DNA of 64,000 nucleotides, from positions 69,216,382-69,280,381 of the forward strand of contig NC_068989.1 of assembly GCF_001194135.2 (NCBI RefSeq). Direction: 5' to 3'. The translations under genes were made by a program, and so were the position numbers. Every line of letters begins with the position of its first letter. Position 1 is the first letter of the stretch. Shown here one piece after another: positions 38,670-52,476 of the stretch. A model generated the notes under the pieces. The model ran no database searches. It was not told the origin of the DNA and saw only the letters and a program-made list of their open reading frames with translations. The DNA is from Octopus bimaculoides. Its lineage: Eukaryota.

Positions 38670-40514
38670 CACATTGACAATGAATATATTACAAATTAAA
38701 GCTGTTAGTGACATATGTGTGGAACACATTTAAAAAATTTGATTCGCTTCAATTTCAGTGCACCAGCATGGCCGCAGCTCAATGACTGAAACAAGTAAAA
38801 GATAAAAAGATAGAGAAATTATTTTTACAAATTTTGCCCATTTTAATTTTCTGAAGTTTCATCATCAAACCATTTTCTTTCTCATAATTAGTATACCACT
38901 AGTATTAACTGAATGTCTCAATTATGAAGAGATAGGATTTCTCTTTCATAGCTATTCATTGCTATATTCCTCCAAACCAGCAAAAAGTTAAATACACAAA
39001 ACTCAATCAAGATACATCATAATAAAAAGATCAACTTGAACAAAATTGTACAAGTAAAATTTCTTTAAATCTATTGAGGCAAGAATAAATTACAGGTGTT
39101 TTGCTTTGGATAAATTTCTTGTTAAAATCTTAGTGTTTTACTAATTTTAGGTGAGATGAGGCTTAGTGCATAAGCAAGATATAGGTTTTTTTTTTTTTTT
39201 TTTAAAGGATATTTATAAAGAAATGGTTATATAAATAACTACCAATTCACCACTAATGTTTCATAATTTTAAGTAAATTAAAAAAATATAGTCAGTTATT
39301 AGTGGTGGAAAAAAAATGATGTGAATTTTTCTGTTGAGAAATTTTCTAAGATATTTGTTATAAAAATAAAATGTAAACAAATTCAATAACATATGTAACA
39401 GAAAAATAAAAAAATAAAACAAAAATCAGATAAATAACACAAACCAATACACTAAACAAATAAAAATGTGTACAACTAAAATATGCTTGATTAGAAAAAA
39501 AAAAAATGCCAACTCGATTGATAAAGTTAATATGATTGATTAAATATATTACACACACAGACATATAATTACTGACTTTACTGCATTCAATGCTCAGGTG
39601 TACTATGACTAGGATGAGGCTTACATGACTCAGCTTTCCCAAGCAGTCACCCTTCTAAATACTAACTAGGCTTGACATTGTTTAACTTCAATGAAAGGAC
39701 AAAAACTGGCACATTCAACATGTGTGTGTGTGTCTGTGTACATACATATACCGGTATACACACATGCATATACACATTACAACACTGACATTTCTGAACA
39801 CTGATGATCCGGAACCTCTTATAATCTCACACAAGCAGGAACTTCAAATTCCCTTGGCTGCCAGGCTAATTAACTGGTACCTCGCACAGTACAGTATTAA
39901 TAAATTTATATCATTTACACTAATATGCAGACATCTGTATTTTATTTAATTATTTAAATAAATTTAATATTTGATTACTGATTAATTTAGAGTGTGACTA
40001 CTCCTGGTTTCAAAGAGTCAGTATCTGGAATGGCTTTAGAACCAAAAGTTCTGAAAAATCCATGTTGTACCTGTACATATACATACATATACACACACAC
40101 ACACATATTTATATGTGTGTGTGTGTATGTCTGTGCATGTGTGTTTTATTATATCAAAACATGAGAGCCAACTCTGAGCTTTGGCTTTTGCTGATAATGA
40201 CTGTTGAGAAGAAAGAGACCTGTAGTATTTATAAAATTAGGGAGCTATTTTTCTCTACAATTGTGATCAGCGAAAGATAAAACTCAAAACAGAAAGGCAT
40301 TTTTTTTTTGATATCACAAACATAGCTATCCGTTCTACCCAATGTATCGAGTTCTGTATCAATGTTTGCACTATGTAAAATATACACTTGTACATGTTAC
40401 AACACACTATATGTACATATGCTGCTTTATGTCAAATGACTAAGTGCTCAATACATGTTGTAGAAAATATGCTTTTGTTTTTATTGAAACAGTTTTAGTT
40501 TCAATAAAAAATAC

Positions 40515-40555
<41 letters not shown>

Positions 40556-40629
40556 TTGGTACTCAAGAAGACTGCCACAGCAGAATTAATACTGGTGCTG
40601 GTGATACATAAAAAGCTCTCCTGCTGGTT

Positions 40630-41023
40630 CCACATTAATTTTGTTGTTGGCACTCCGTCGCTTACGACGTCGAGGGTTCCAGTTGTTCCGATCAACAGAA
40701 CAGCCTGCTCCTGAGATTAACGTGCAAGTGACTGAGCACTCCACAGACACGTGTACCCTTAACATAGTTCTCGGGGATATTCAGCGTGACAGTGTGACAA
40801 GGCTGACCCTTTGAAATACAGGTACAACAGAAACAGGAAGATGGAGTGAGAGAAAGTTGTGGTGAAAGAGTACAGCAGGGTTCGCCATCATCCCCTGCTG
40901 GAGCCTCGTGGAACTTTAGGTGTTTTCGCTCAATAAACACTCACAATGCCCGGTCTGGGAATCAAAACCGCGATCCTATGACCGCGAGTCCGCTGCCCTA
41001 ACCACTGGGCCATTGCGCCTCCA
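40630..41023 (-). mobile_element. Second tRNA-derived SINE family
   Basis: Head ggaggcgcaatggcccagtggttagggcagcggactcg...ggttttgattccc with A box (TGGCCCAGTGG) and B-box-like motif. A sister copy lies at 25264-25611(-). Confidence 0.8.
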
Positions 41024-42581
41024 CTCCACATTAAACACACTAATGATTGTGCCACATAAAAAAAAAACTCCCAATACACTCTATGGAGTAGTTGTTTGTG
41101 TTAGAAAGGACATCCAGTTGTAAAAACCATGCCAGAACAGACAATGGAGCCTAGTGCAGCCCTTGGCCTTACCAGCTCCAGTCAAACCATCCAACCCATA
41201 CCAGCATGGAAAACAGATATTAAATTATGATAATATATATATTTATATATATATATATATAACATTTTCCATGGTAAGCTGTGATATTTGCTTTTTCTTA
41301 GAGCCAAAAGTTTTTTTAAAATGACTGCTTTTCTCTATCCTAACAACTTAGTAAGAAGTCGAATCTACTGTCTGCAAGGTTGAGTTGTGTACTCTGCTAA
41401 GAGCATAGCAGAACTCTACCTTAAAATCTTTGATTTCCTATCATATCTCACATTTATAATACCTCATTTAATAAATGCTAATTTTCTTGTGTCATATGTT
41501 GTATCACAAGTAATCTTGGATTAACCCTTCTAATAACAGTTTATTTGTTATCTCCTCATAATAAACTCAGAATTTCTTAGCAAATATATTATTTTTAAGT
41601 ATATGTTATTTTCTTGCATGAAAGAGTTTGAATCAAAGAGAAAAGGCCAAGTATAAGCTAGCAGTAACAACAGCTAAGAGAAATGGCCTTCATTAGTAAA
41701 AACAAAAATGACAACTCAGCTTATACAGAGAAGAAAGTCTTAATTGGAACTCAGAATAACAGAACTGGTAAAAATAAAAAAAGTACAACAAAAAAACTAA
41801 AAGTAACTTTACCCTTTTGATACTAACCTGTCACAGACCATTCTAGGTCTATGATACAAAATCCTTAATTTCTTAAATTAACCATATTTAAATTCAGACA
41901 TTCCATCATAATTTTATCTATGAGCCTTTTGTGAAATATTCCAAACAACAAATTCAACTTTTTGATACCAATGCACCTGAGGCTGTTCCTGGTTCTATGA
42001 TGCCTTCTTCCTGTTTTAATGTGATCTAAATTAAAACCTTCCATCAAAATTTTCTACATTGATTTATGTTTCAAATTCAAACACTTTCTTACTAAGGACT
42101 AAATTCTTTTTCATTTTCAAAACTAAATGAAATGAACAGCATACTTCAACAGAAATATAGTAACAAAAGAGTTAATAATAAGTAAAATTAGTTATTATAT
42201 TAAATCCCTCAAATTTGTTCACTATCTTTATATAAAAATTAACTGAAATACATAAGGCAGTATTTCAATAGAAATACAGAGAACAATGGGTTAACACAGA
42301 TTTCGTTCAAGAGATTTAAAGCATTTCCCCCATATATTTCTAGAAAGATCTTGAAAGAACTTCATCGGCACCTAAATAAAAACTCAAGCTATTTGCTTAT
42401 CTTTTTTTTTAAAACAATATTTTATCAGAGCAACTAAACTAAATACCAAAAAATTTTCTTATTACAGCATTATATTTGCAAACTAAAAAATAAATTAACA
42501 AAACCAACAAATCAATTAAAAGGAATAGATGAATTTTATAAATCTTTTTTACTCTTGAAATAGATCATGTGTTTTTTGGTT

Positions 42582-42587
42582 TTTATT
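42582..42587 (-). terminator. Candidate UVRAG polyadenylation signal AATAAA
   Basis: About 300 nt after the stop, followed on the minus strand by U/GU-rich sequence near 42490-42520. The region is very AT-rich, so a chance occurrence is possible. Confidence 0.35.
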
Positions 42588-42881
42588 CTTTTACTTTCTC
42601 TTTAGTTCATCTTCAGTTTTCAATAAAATTAAATTAGCCTCACCGATGTTTTAATAACCTATCAAATGCTTTCGTAACTTCTCATAACAATAATAATAAT
42701 TGAAGTAATTAAAAAAAAATACGAGGAGAGGAAAAAGCAAAAAGAAAAAGGAAAAAAAAGCTTATGTATCACATATTTTCNNNNNNNNNNNNNNNNNNNN
42801 NNNNNNNNNNNNNNNNNNNNNNNNNNNNNNNNNNNNNNNNNNNNNNNNNNNNNNNNNNNNNNATATATGTATAGCATAAAT

Positions 42882-43641
42882 TCAAATAGAATTTAAACTG
42901 CCATAGTCATCATTTGAATGATGTTTGTTACAAACATTATCAGGTCTGTGGGTCCAGTAATTTTGTGAAGATTCAGCAAGACTTGCTGCCGAAAAATTTG
43001 AACACAGTTCAGTATCTTCGTGAGAATATTGCTGTGGGAGTGAAGAGTGACGAGACGATGTGCTACTGTTACTACCAACACTTGCTTCACTTTGCGTAGG
43101 CTCTGATAACTTTTGACTTGATAAGCCACTAGTATGTCGATACGGAAGTTTTGGGCTATGACCAGCTGACCTAATGGTTGAAGGGGAATATGAACCAGGA
43201 GAAAATTTTTTCAGCCACGCCGATGTGAGTTTAGAATTATCACAATCAAGGTCTCCACTACTAGAAATCGTCCTGTCTTGTTCTGACATGTCATTGTCAC
43301 AATTAGAATTGTTCAAAAAGCTTTCGTTACTCAAACTGAACATTTTATTAACCGGTCGCTGTATTTGAAAGAAACTGTCGTCCGTTCTTTGAAACATGTC
43401 TTCTGTCACTTGAACACCATTACTTGCTGTCATAGGTGATGGGAGCTCAGACGTAGCTTCCATAGCGAGTTCTGCAGTGCCAGTAGGAGATAACTTTGAT
43501 GAAGTGTCCACAACCCCTTCAAGTTCGTCAATCTCACATACGGCAGTTCTTGTAGCAGAATCAATGAGGGTCATTTGGCCAGATGGTGATATATAATCCT
43601 GAAGATTTGATGGCACTGGACTCAAATGTGATGACTGTTCA
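42882..43641 (-). CDS. UVRAG: UVRAG terminal coding exon, about 253-aa Ser/Thr-rich, probably disordered tail ending ..DYGSLNSI*
   Basis: Acceptor ttattccattttag, phase 2 start in frame with the longest real ORF of the track (42882..43625). TGA at 42882-42884. Confidence 0.92.
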
Positions 43642-44121
43642 CTAAAATGGAATAAATAAGAAAATAGAAGTCACTAAAAGTATTTACAAATTGTACTACT
43701 GAAAGTATTATAAAATTTAACAAAGACATTTTATTATGAAGTGAATTGATTCAATGAGCCTTAATATGTACAGCATATCTTGCTGTAAATGAGTAATACA
43801 AATAATGGACATAACTGATAGTAATTAGTGACAGGAACAATGCATAGCATCATTAGATGAAGGTGTTGGGTTGCATCTTCATACAAGTGTTCAAAAAGTG
43901 GTTCTATTTCATACAATTTTAAGTGTATTTTAACATGATTAATTTTTTAAGCAACACACATAAATTATTTATTATTCATGTAAAAAAATAAATATAAAAA
44001 AAACTCCAATTATATTAATTATATTAACAAATTACTATCTATATTTTAAAGATAAAAAAAATTCATTGTAATAATTAATTTTTAAAAAAATCATTAAATT
44101 ATTCTTCAACTGCAAGCTCAC

Positions 44122-44213
44122 CTTCTTACACCTAACCGAAGTTCCAATAGTGATTTAAGGTTAGGTAATGTTAATCGGAGATCTGCAGTTCCAAGACCAC
44201 AATACCATCGAAG
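44122..44213 (-). CDS. UVRAG: UVRAG exon (LRWYCGLGTADLRLTLPNLKSLLELRLGVR)
   Basis: 92 nt, acceptor ttttcttttctcctag, donor AAG|gtgagc, phase 0-2. Matches human [20 protein letters not shown] (recalled). Confidence 0.97.
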
Positions 44214-44963
44214 CTAGGAGAAAAGAAAACGAAAGAAATAATTACAGCATGCAAAGTTATAGTTTCTTAAAACAGCATGTAGACACAACTTTGTAAAAGA
44301 AGAAATACAGTTAAAACTAGTACAAGTTTGGTGCTAACTTATTTTGTCAATCATTGAAGCCTAAGTTAGTAGAATCATTAGAGTACTACATGGAATTCTT
44401 TACTGTATTTGTTCTAGGTTCAAATCTCATTGTGGCCTACATTGGTTATAGAGTTAACCTGTAATCTGTTGTTCAGTTTACCACCTGATCCTCAGGTGCT
44501 TTTAACTGAAATCTCTCTGTTGGAAGTATTCAGGTCAGGTCTTCAGTTTGAGGATACCTTCCTCCCTGGCATTCTTTCCACCAGTTTTGGAGGCCCTTTA
44601 ATGGATCATGGGTCCTCCTGACCAAGCAATAAAACAAAAATGCATTTCTACTATAGAAGCTCAAATAGTTCTTTAGGCTATTTATCCAAAACTTGTTTCA
44701 AAGTAAAGTTAGAATGTATTTATCAAATTCAATATTAAGGTCAGATAGCTGTGTGAATTCCAGCAATTTATGCCAGTGTTTAGATTTATGAAACCATTGA
44801 ATCTATGCAAAAATATGGAGAGAAAATGGATATGAAGTATCTAGTCTTAAAATATTGAATTCATGCTGATTACATTAAATAACACTACAACAGTAATTCT
44901 CATAGTGTAGCTGAGATGTAGTAAAAGAAAAAAATTTGTTCAAAAGATGTCAGCTATACTTAC

Positions 44964-45042
44964 TTGACTAATATTCTTATTTAAAAGATAAACACCATAA
45001 TGAAAGTAGAAATCTTTCTTTCCTTTACTATATAATGGAAAG
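44964..45042 (-). CDS. UVRAG: UVRAG exon ([26 protein letters not shown])
   Basis: 79 nt, acceptor ttttaattttgcag, donor CAA|gtaagt, phase 2-0. Matches human [26 protein letters not shown] (recalled). Confidence 0.97.
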
Positions 45043-45389
45043 CTGCAAAATTAAAATGGAAAGTATGAATAGATAATATATTTGTTTATCAGGATATTCA
45101 GAAGCTGTAATCAATAAATCTATGCAGCATGGAATTTTGTCAGTGAACAGGTTGCAGTTTCAAAGCAATGAAAATATTTTAACAGATTAAATTTAAATGT
45201 TGAAGTGAATCTAACAGTTTTTGTGTGTTTTAAATGGTTTATAAAACACCTTCCACGCTGCAATTGTTTTTGTTTCAGATCAGGTCACTTGCTATGCAAG
45301 TACATCTCCATAATAAATCTATGGTTTCAGAGGAATTGAGGAAAGACAACAATTACATGAAACAGAATTGTAAGTAATGTAAAACTCAC

Positions 45390-45555
45390 TTGCGTTCTCG
45401 TTCACTTAATTTAGTGTGAATGTGGTCTTGGATCTGAGACCTAGAGCCACGGTATTCCATGGGGTACCGTAATGGCAAATTTAAAATATGAGACAACATT
45501 AAAATCATATGACACGTGTAGCCTAATCCAACAGCAACCATAGTGTCATCATGCC
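45390..45555 (-). CDS. UVRAG: UVRAG BARA2/Atg14-family region exon (HDDTMVAVGLGYTCHMILMLSHILNLPLRYPMEYRGSRSQIQDHIHTKLSERER)
   Basis: 166 nt, acceptor catatttttcag, donor CAA|gtgagt, phase 1-2. Matches human [42 protein letters not shown] (recalled). Confidence 0.97.
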
Positions 45556-45689
45556 CTGAAAAATATGAAAAAAAATATTAAAACAATTCAACCAACTTAA
45601 CAATAATAAAAATAATAGAGAATACTGCATTCAAATGCAATTCATCAATAAATATTCATTGTAAGATTATTTTTCTGAGATTTTTGTTT

Positions 45690-45900
45690 ATGGATGCTAT
45701 GCATAGTTAGAAGAAGGTATTAAAGTGATCAAAAAAGTAAAGTAAGGGATTAAAAGGCCGTCATCAGAATTGGAATATAAGTGGTAAGAGGTGACAGCGA
45801 GTGGGTCATTAATATACAGAATGGAAATAGGAGAGAAAACGAAAGCCAGAGATATACTGACATTGATAAGGTGAACATTTGAAAAGAAATACATATTTTA
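45690..45900 (-). mobile_element. CR1/L2-like LINE reverse transcriptase remnant
   Basis: VFSPISILYINDPLAVTSYHLYSNSDD resembles VLSP.LF.LFINDL..TS..IHSFADD. Confidence 0.6.
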
Positions 45901-47545
45901 GTTTTAGGCATGATGTGATGGACAGAGACCAGAGGAAGATAATTTTGTCAGAATTCTCTTGGTTGATATGATTGAAGACTTTACTAAAGTCATGATATAA
46001 GTTTGCAGTGAATATGCAGAAAATATATAGATAGTTACTAAGAGGGTAAATGGATTCCAGGCAGCAAATGACCTGATTGTTTACAATTGTCTCCTTCTGA
46101 GTGTCTTGTGAAAAACAATGAAAATATGATAGTGGACAGGATAGAAAGGGAACCTTTTTATGTTGAGATAAAATAAAAATCTGCTGAAAAAAGATACCAG
46201 CATGCTTTTAGGTTATTAGTTAGAATTTTATCAGATCCTGTTTCTTTGTTAGGCTTAAAGAAAAATTCATAGCTATCACTTGAAAGCGTGGCAGCATAAG
46301 CCATGCTTTTGCTAAATGCTTCAGGTGCCTCTGTAGTCATGAACAGATATATGCTCCCTCGAGGGTATACCATCCTTGACTCAGCAAAACATCAATGATG
46401 TGACAGCTTATAGGAGATAGAGGGCTGCACTAGCAGTTGGCAGATATTTATTTTCAGGAAGTAGGCTGGTGCAACATGAAAAAAAAAAAGTGCCTTGTTC
46501 AAGGACATAGCATGCCACCCAGTCCAGAAATCAAACCTGTGACACTATAACCATGAGCCTAACACTCCCAATTACAATACCGCTCACCTTTATTTGTTAG
46601 GTTTTAACATTCAAATCAATTGTTGTGTCTAATTTGAACAGAGAAAGGCGAAGAGAATAGGGTTAGAAAATGAGAGAGTAGTAGGAGTTTTGCAGTACAG
46701 AATTGAGTTTCAAGCAAAATAAATAGCAAAGTTTGTGTCTGTCTTACAAAATTATTTTGACGAAATTGTAGGGTGGAAGATGAGGCCATAAAGTTAGAAG
46801 TTATCTTTTTAGCAAGGTATCACAATATATGACTGTATTTTGTGTGGAGTGATAGCATACAGGGTGAATAGTATTATGTAATAGAATGTTTAGGTTTATG
46901 GAGGGTATTTTTGTATGAGATGGATGTGTAAATGAATGCCTACAAGTCAGTGATGGTTGCTAAGATTTTGGAGATGTTACAAACAATATTTTAACTAGTA
47001 TGGTAACAGTAAAACTTCTTGTAAAAGCGTTCATGTTTCTTTGTTTTTGTTAATGTTGGAGTGGGAGCACTTTCAGTTACATACTGGAAAGACTTGTCAC
47101 TTACACTGGTTTGGTAGTGTTAGACAAGTCATAAATGAAACATTTACTCCTATGAGTAACTGATATATAATTGAAGAAATAAGTAAGCCACAACAGGTTA
47201 ATAAATTTCATAAATGAAAATATTGAGGTGCCCCAACACGGCTGCAGTCTAATGACTGAAACAAGTCATGGGTAAACGATAAAAGGTATGAGCAATCAGT
47301 AAGTAAAGTTAGGGTGCTCACAGTTTGCTTTTGTAAGATGTAGCTTAATAGAGCAAATTACAGGTTTTACTGTTCACATGTTTCATATATCTGGTGTTGT
47401 CACCATGGAAATGAGCAAATTGGATTCAATCAGTGCACTGCAATTTGATTTAGTGGGGACTCAAACTGAATATTAGCTATTAGTATTACCATCAATAATA
47501 GAATTAAAACATTAATTAAATAAATTATTACAACCAACAAGTTAC

Positions 47546-47606
47546 CTTGAATGTCTTCTGCATTTGGAAGTTTCACATCACAGATGAAAAATTGTTTATT
47601 AGAATC
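47546..47606 (-). CDS. UVRAG: UVRAG exon (DSNKQFFICDVKLPNAEDIQ-G)
   Basis: 61 nt, acceptor attaatttcag, donor AAG|gtaact, phase 0-1. Matches human DYFVCGVKLPNSEDFQ (recalled). Confidence 0.96.
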
Positions 47607-48312
47607 CTGAAATTAATGAAAGTGTGTGTATACTAACCAGACATAATTTGCTATTAATATGGAGACCATCAGTAGAATTTTGAATAAACATCAATATGAA
47701 AAAAAAAAAACTAATTAAAAAAGTGAAAATATAATTTAAATTACTCCAAGGGAGAGAAAATGAATTTTCTTTTAGCAGCAGAAAAATCTTAGCTATAAGA
47801 TATTCTGATGTTATTTTAGGAAGCATTTTACTCAAAGTCATCATTTTGATTATTGAAATGTTACATTTGTCAGATAAGGTGTCTGCATCTCTGCTGAAGA
47901 GTCATTAATTCAAAATTTAACTCCTCTTGTTCTATTAATCAAGCAGCACCATAAATAATAAGACAGAAAGTGACTTTGATACCAGCCTGCTTGAGATTTC
48001 CTTTGGTCCTATGATACAAACTCCCTTTTTTAAAGTGATTTAAATTAAAATCATCCATCAAAATTTCATGCTGATTTATGTTCCAAACACCAGCTCAATA
48101 ACGACAGAGTTACTTTACTCATATTCTTTGAAATTAATTAAAATGAAAGCAGAGCATTTCAATAGACATTTGGCAACAAAAACATTAAACTATTTAGAAA
48201 CTGACATGTAGTTTATGGTATCAAGATTGAAACCTTGATCAATTTGATATCTATTTTCTGTACATAGTTAAAAAAAATATTTGTCCAGCTATAATTGTTA
48301 CCATAAATTAAT

Positions 48313-48351
<39 letters not shown>

Positions 48352-48921
48352 CATGCATATAAGGGTACAGGACGTCACCAATAGTGCAAATTATATGAAA
48401 TATGTAAACAACAAGGAAAAAAATGGAAAACAGAACAAGTAAACACAGAGAAAGGACCCTTCATCAGTTGTCGGCTGTCTATCTACTCATTTTGAGCATT
48501 CAATGACAATATGAGTCTTCAAAGTTAGGAAGAAAAAACTGACAATGGAGACATACACATACATATATATAATTTATTATTTAATTGAACACGATGCATC
48601 CATTTCAAAGTAAATACATATATATATATAATGTAAATGCAACTAGAATGAAAATGCAACGGAAGATCTAAAAAGAATCAAATGTTTTAGTTGAAAACAG
48701 ACTGAAATTGTTGAATAAAAACAAGTAAATTATTGTTAGTACACCATAAAATTTGTTCAATAAAATTGGTAAATGGAATCAGGTTCTGCATTTTGTACAT
48801 TAAAGTTGAGAAGAATAAACATTCTGTAATGGGGGAAATAAGAGAAAGTGGTATGGGAAACATAAATAGATGTGGCAGCAGCAAAGCTCACTATAATTTA
48901 GATGATATACAAAATCCTTAC

Positions 48922-49012
48922 CTCAGTAATTGGATAAATATATTCTGCTAATTCTGTTATCAATTGCTTTCGCCGTATCCACAACTGAGCATTTTCTTTA
49001 ACTAAGTGTTCT
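48922..49012 (-). CDS. UVRAG: UVRAG exon (EHLVKENAQLWIRRKQLITELAEYIYPITE)
   Basis: 91 nt, acceptor ttttttcactgtag, donor GAG|gtaagg, phase 2-0. Matches human [27 protein letters not shown] (recalled). Confidence 0.96.
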
Positions 49013-52000
49013 CTACAGTGAAAAAAAAAGGAAAGAATTGAAGAATGATATATTTAATTCTATATTGTGTTGTAAACAAAAACATTAGTTATAAATAAAT
49101 AAAAAAAACATGTTGACATCCAAAGAGTTAATATTAATTTGAATATTTCTATTTTATATAAACAGAAAAGAAACAAAAAAAAATTGCTGTGAATATTTTT
49201 AGTTGTGAATTGATTTAAACAAATTCTGGAGACGAAAAGTTCAAAAAAGTTTCAGAAAGATTAAAAAAATTTTTTTTTTTTAATGAACACTGAGTTCAGA
49301 AGGAGAAAAAGAAAAAAAAAATCAAGCATCTGTATGAAATGTAATTTATCACTGAAATGGCAACTGAACCTATGTTGAAACAACAAGAAAGTAATATTGA
49401 TATATAAAAGAAGCACAATACCAAACATTTTCAAGAAAGAGCAAGAGATTGAGTATAGTCGATTAAACCAATCCCAGTTCTCAACTGGTTCTTCTTTTCA
49501 TAGACTTCCCAAGAATGAAAAGTAAAGTTAATTTCAGCAAGATTTAAACCCAGAATTTAAAGGGACATAACTAAATACGGTAAGGCAATTTTTCACATGC
49601 TTTTTTATTTATTTAGTATTATTTTTTTTTTGTCTTTTCTGCCAATCTACTGCTGTAGGAATGTCTTTATCAATAGAGATATCAATCTGCAGGAAATAGT
49701 GTTCTTCTAATGAAATATCTTTTTATAAAAAAAGTTACCAACCAAAAGAACCATGAAGATAATTTTCAAAGAAGTTTCAAGGAGACAAAAAAAGTAAATT
49801 TATCACTGAAATAGCAACTGAACTTCTGTTGAAAATGAGAAGTTTACAAGCAAAATTTGTAGAACCTTCAGAAATAATATGCAAAAAAAAAATACCATAA
49901 GAAAAATAGCTGTGTCAGTAACACATGAACTATGTAGGTATATCATATACAGCATTACAAATTGAAAACAAAAACATTACACAAGACAATAAGCCTTAAT
50001 GCTCAATCATCATCATCTCAATAAATATATAAATAAGCATTTGTTTAAAGATTTGGTTCTTCCTTGAGGTTGCCATGTTTTATGTTGGTATTCCTTCATC
50101 TTAATTAAATGAAACATTTAAGGAATAAGACTATGATGCCAACTAAAAGGATATGTGTTACATGCCAGCATTCTATAGATGACAGCCAATATATGATATG
50201 CAAACTAAAAGAGATATGAAATAATGAATCTGTTCATGGCTAATTAAAAATATACAAAACCAGCAAGAAACACAAATAGCTTTAAAATTGCAATTTCATA
50301 CATCTGTCTAAATACTGTCTGGAAAATGGACACCAACGGTGTAATTTACATTAAAAACAAAAAAGAAGCCAACTTTTTAATAACAGCAAGTCATTTAATT
50401 AGGATGCAATCCTATTACTGCTCTTTTACAAATTCTTATTTGCTAACTTTAACACTTTTGATACCACCCTACCTGAGAGCGCCCTTGATTGTATGATACA
50501 AATTTTTTTTCAAGTGATCTAAATCAAAAGTTTCCATGAAAATTTTATGTTAATTTATATTCCAAACACCACTTAATAACAACAAAGTTATTTTACTAAA
50601 TTCTGTACTGTTTTAAAAATTAATTGAAACAAATGGAATGTATTTCAGCAGAAAGCAATAATTTTCAAAAGTTTATAGTAGTTGCTTGACCTGCTAGAAA
50701 GAGAAGTCGAAATATGCCTCAAACTCACATCCTACTATCCATCTTGATAAAGAAAAAAAGCAAGGTATATTGGATAAGGTAATCCTAGTTATGAAAAAAA
50801 AAAAGGATAGTCATGGTCGGAGTGTCTTTTTTTTACTTCTTCATTTTCCTACACTTGCACCCCGTTTTTCTTACCATTTCAGTATTTTCATTTTATTTTC
50901 TACATTTTCCACTTAGTGATTCAGAAAGTGAATGAAAATTGTATTCCATTATTTCCTTGATTTTACTGTAAAAATGTCATTATCTTTTATCATTTACTTG
51001 TTTCAGTCATCGGACTGTGGCCATGCTAGCATACCACCTTGAAGGGTTTTGTCAACTAAATCAACCCCTGTACTAACCTCTTGAGTTTAGTACTTACTTT
51101 ATCGGTCTCTTTTACTGAACTGCTAGCTAATAAGGGGATGCAAACAAATGTGGTGGTGGGGGAGGGGGAAACAAAGACATACACATACATGTACACAATG
51201 GACTTCCATACTATTTCTGCCTAACAAATTCACTCACAAGGCACTGGATGACCCAGGCTATAAGAGATACTTGATCAAGGTACTGTGCAGTGTACTGAAC
51301 CCAAAACCACATCGTTGGAAAGTGAGCTTAACCACAAAGGTGTGCCCACATCTATAAAAATAACCAGTACCTCTGAGATTTCAAGGTGATTTGATTTCTT
51401 ACATTAATATTATGAAGCTAGAAGCTACAGATCTGTTAGAGATAAGCATGTGACTACATTGCATGACTAGTGATAATTCTATCAACTTAAGAATAACCAA
51501 GGCCAAAAATATCTCAAGTGGAGCAGAACTTAAAAATATTTTAAAAAATTATATTTAGTATTTCTATCATCCTACCCATGCATGCATGGAAGACGGACGT
51601 TAAACAATAATTATGATCATAAGAGAAAGAAAGGACATTAATACTGAACCATGAAATGTAGAAAAGGTTATTGATCCAATTGGTATTACATATTTGATGA
51701 TTAACTGTGGGGAAGAGATGAGCTAGAAGAAAAGGGCTGTGATGTCAATGGTCAAGGGGCTTGACCGGAACAGAGCATTACTAATAGCATAAATAATCAT
51801 GGCAACATGCGTCACAGCATGGGGCTAACAACACAACAGACCTCTGGGTGCTACATTTCAAAGAATATCTTGATAGAAACTGCAGCTTTTGTTAGATTCA
51901 GTTAATAGAATAACAAGCGACAAATTCTTCACGCAGGGGTCAAGATGACAACAAAAGAAATTAACTGAATTGCTGACAAAAGTTCATAGAGAAAAGATAA

Positions 52001-52476
52001 CTTGATATTATAGAATCAATAAAAATAACAAAAATGAAATTCGAGAGTGGGATGGACAATGCCCTGAATCCAGAATTTTTACTAAATTATTTTACTGTTC
52101 TTAGACACTAATAAAACTTAACAAAGTTATTGAAAATATCTGCTTTTTAAAAAAAAAAAAAATTCCTAATTCTTCTATATATTGTTTAAAAGTGAAGTTC
52201 TAAAACAATCTGTAAGCATAAGTTTTTGATTTTAAATATATATGAAGCTTTTCTTTTGATGCTATCAGTGATACAGATTTTTAAAATTATTACAGTATGA
52301 TCTTAAATCTAACCTTTTAAAATTTTAAATACATGTTGAAGAATATCCTATTAGAATTAAACATAAAAGACCCAAACACTAAATACAAAATATATTTGGT
52401 TTTAAACAGAGAAACATCTCCATTTCTAAATAAAGAAAACAAGCCTTGTTATTCATAAAAGTCTTAATACACTTAC

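Noticed and set aside
40950-41023. tRNA gene
   Set aside because: A/B boxes are present but there is no clean cloverleaf, and it continues into a SINE body shared with 25264-25611.
44460-44620. Exon-like segment with acceptor ttttattgcttggtcag in a UVRAG intron
   Set aside because: Immediate TGA in the required phase 0, and the sequence resembles a decayed LINE tail. A poison exon is not excluded but is unsupported.
46158-46373. 71-aa minus-strand ORF in a UVRAG intron as another extra exon
   Set aside because: The nearest acceptor read in the required phase 1 hits a stop, and no compatible strong donor exists.
48440-48520. Hammerhead ribozyme (CTGATGAAG on the minus strand)
   Set aside because: No partner GAAA/stem II or cleavage triplet can be built; probably a Penelope-like remnant.
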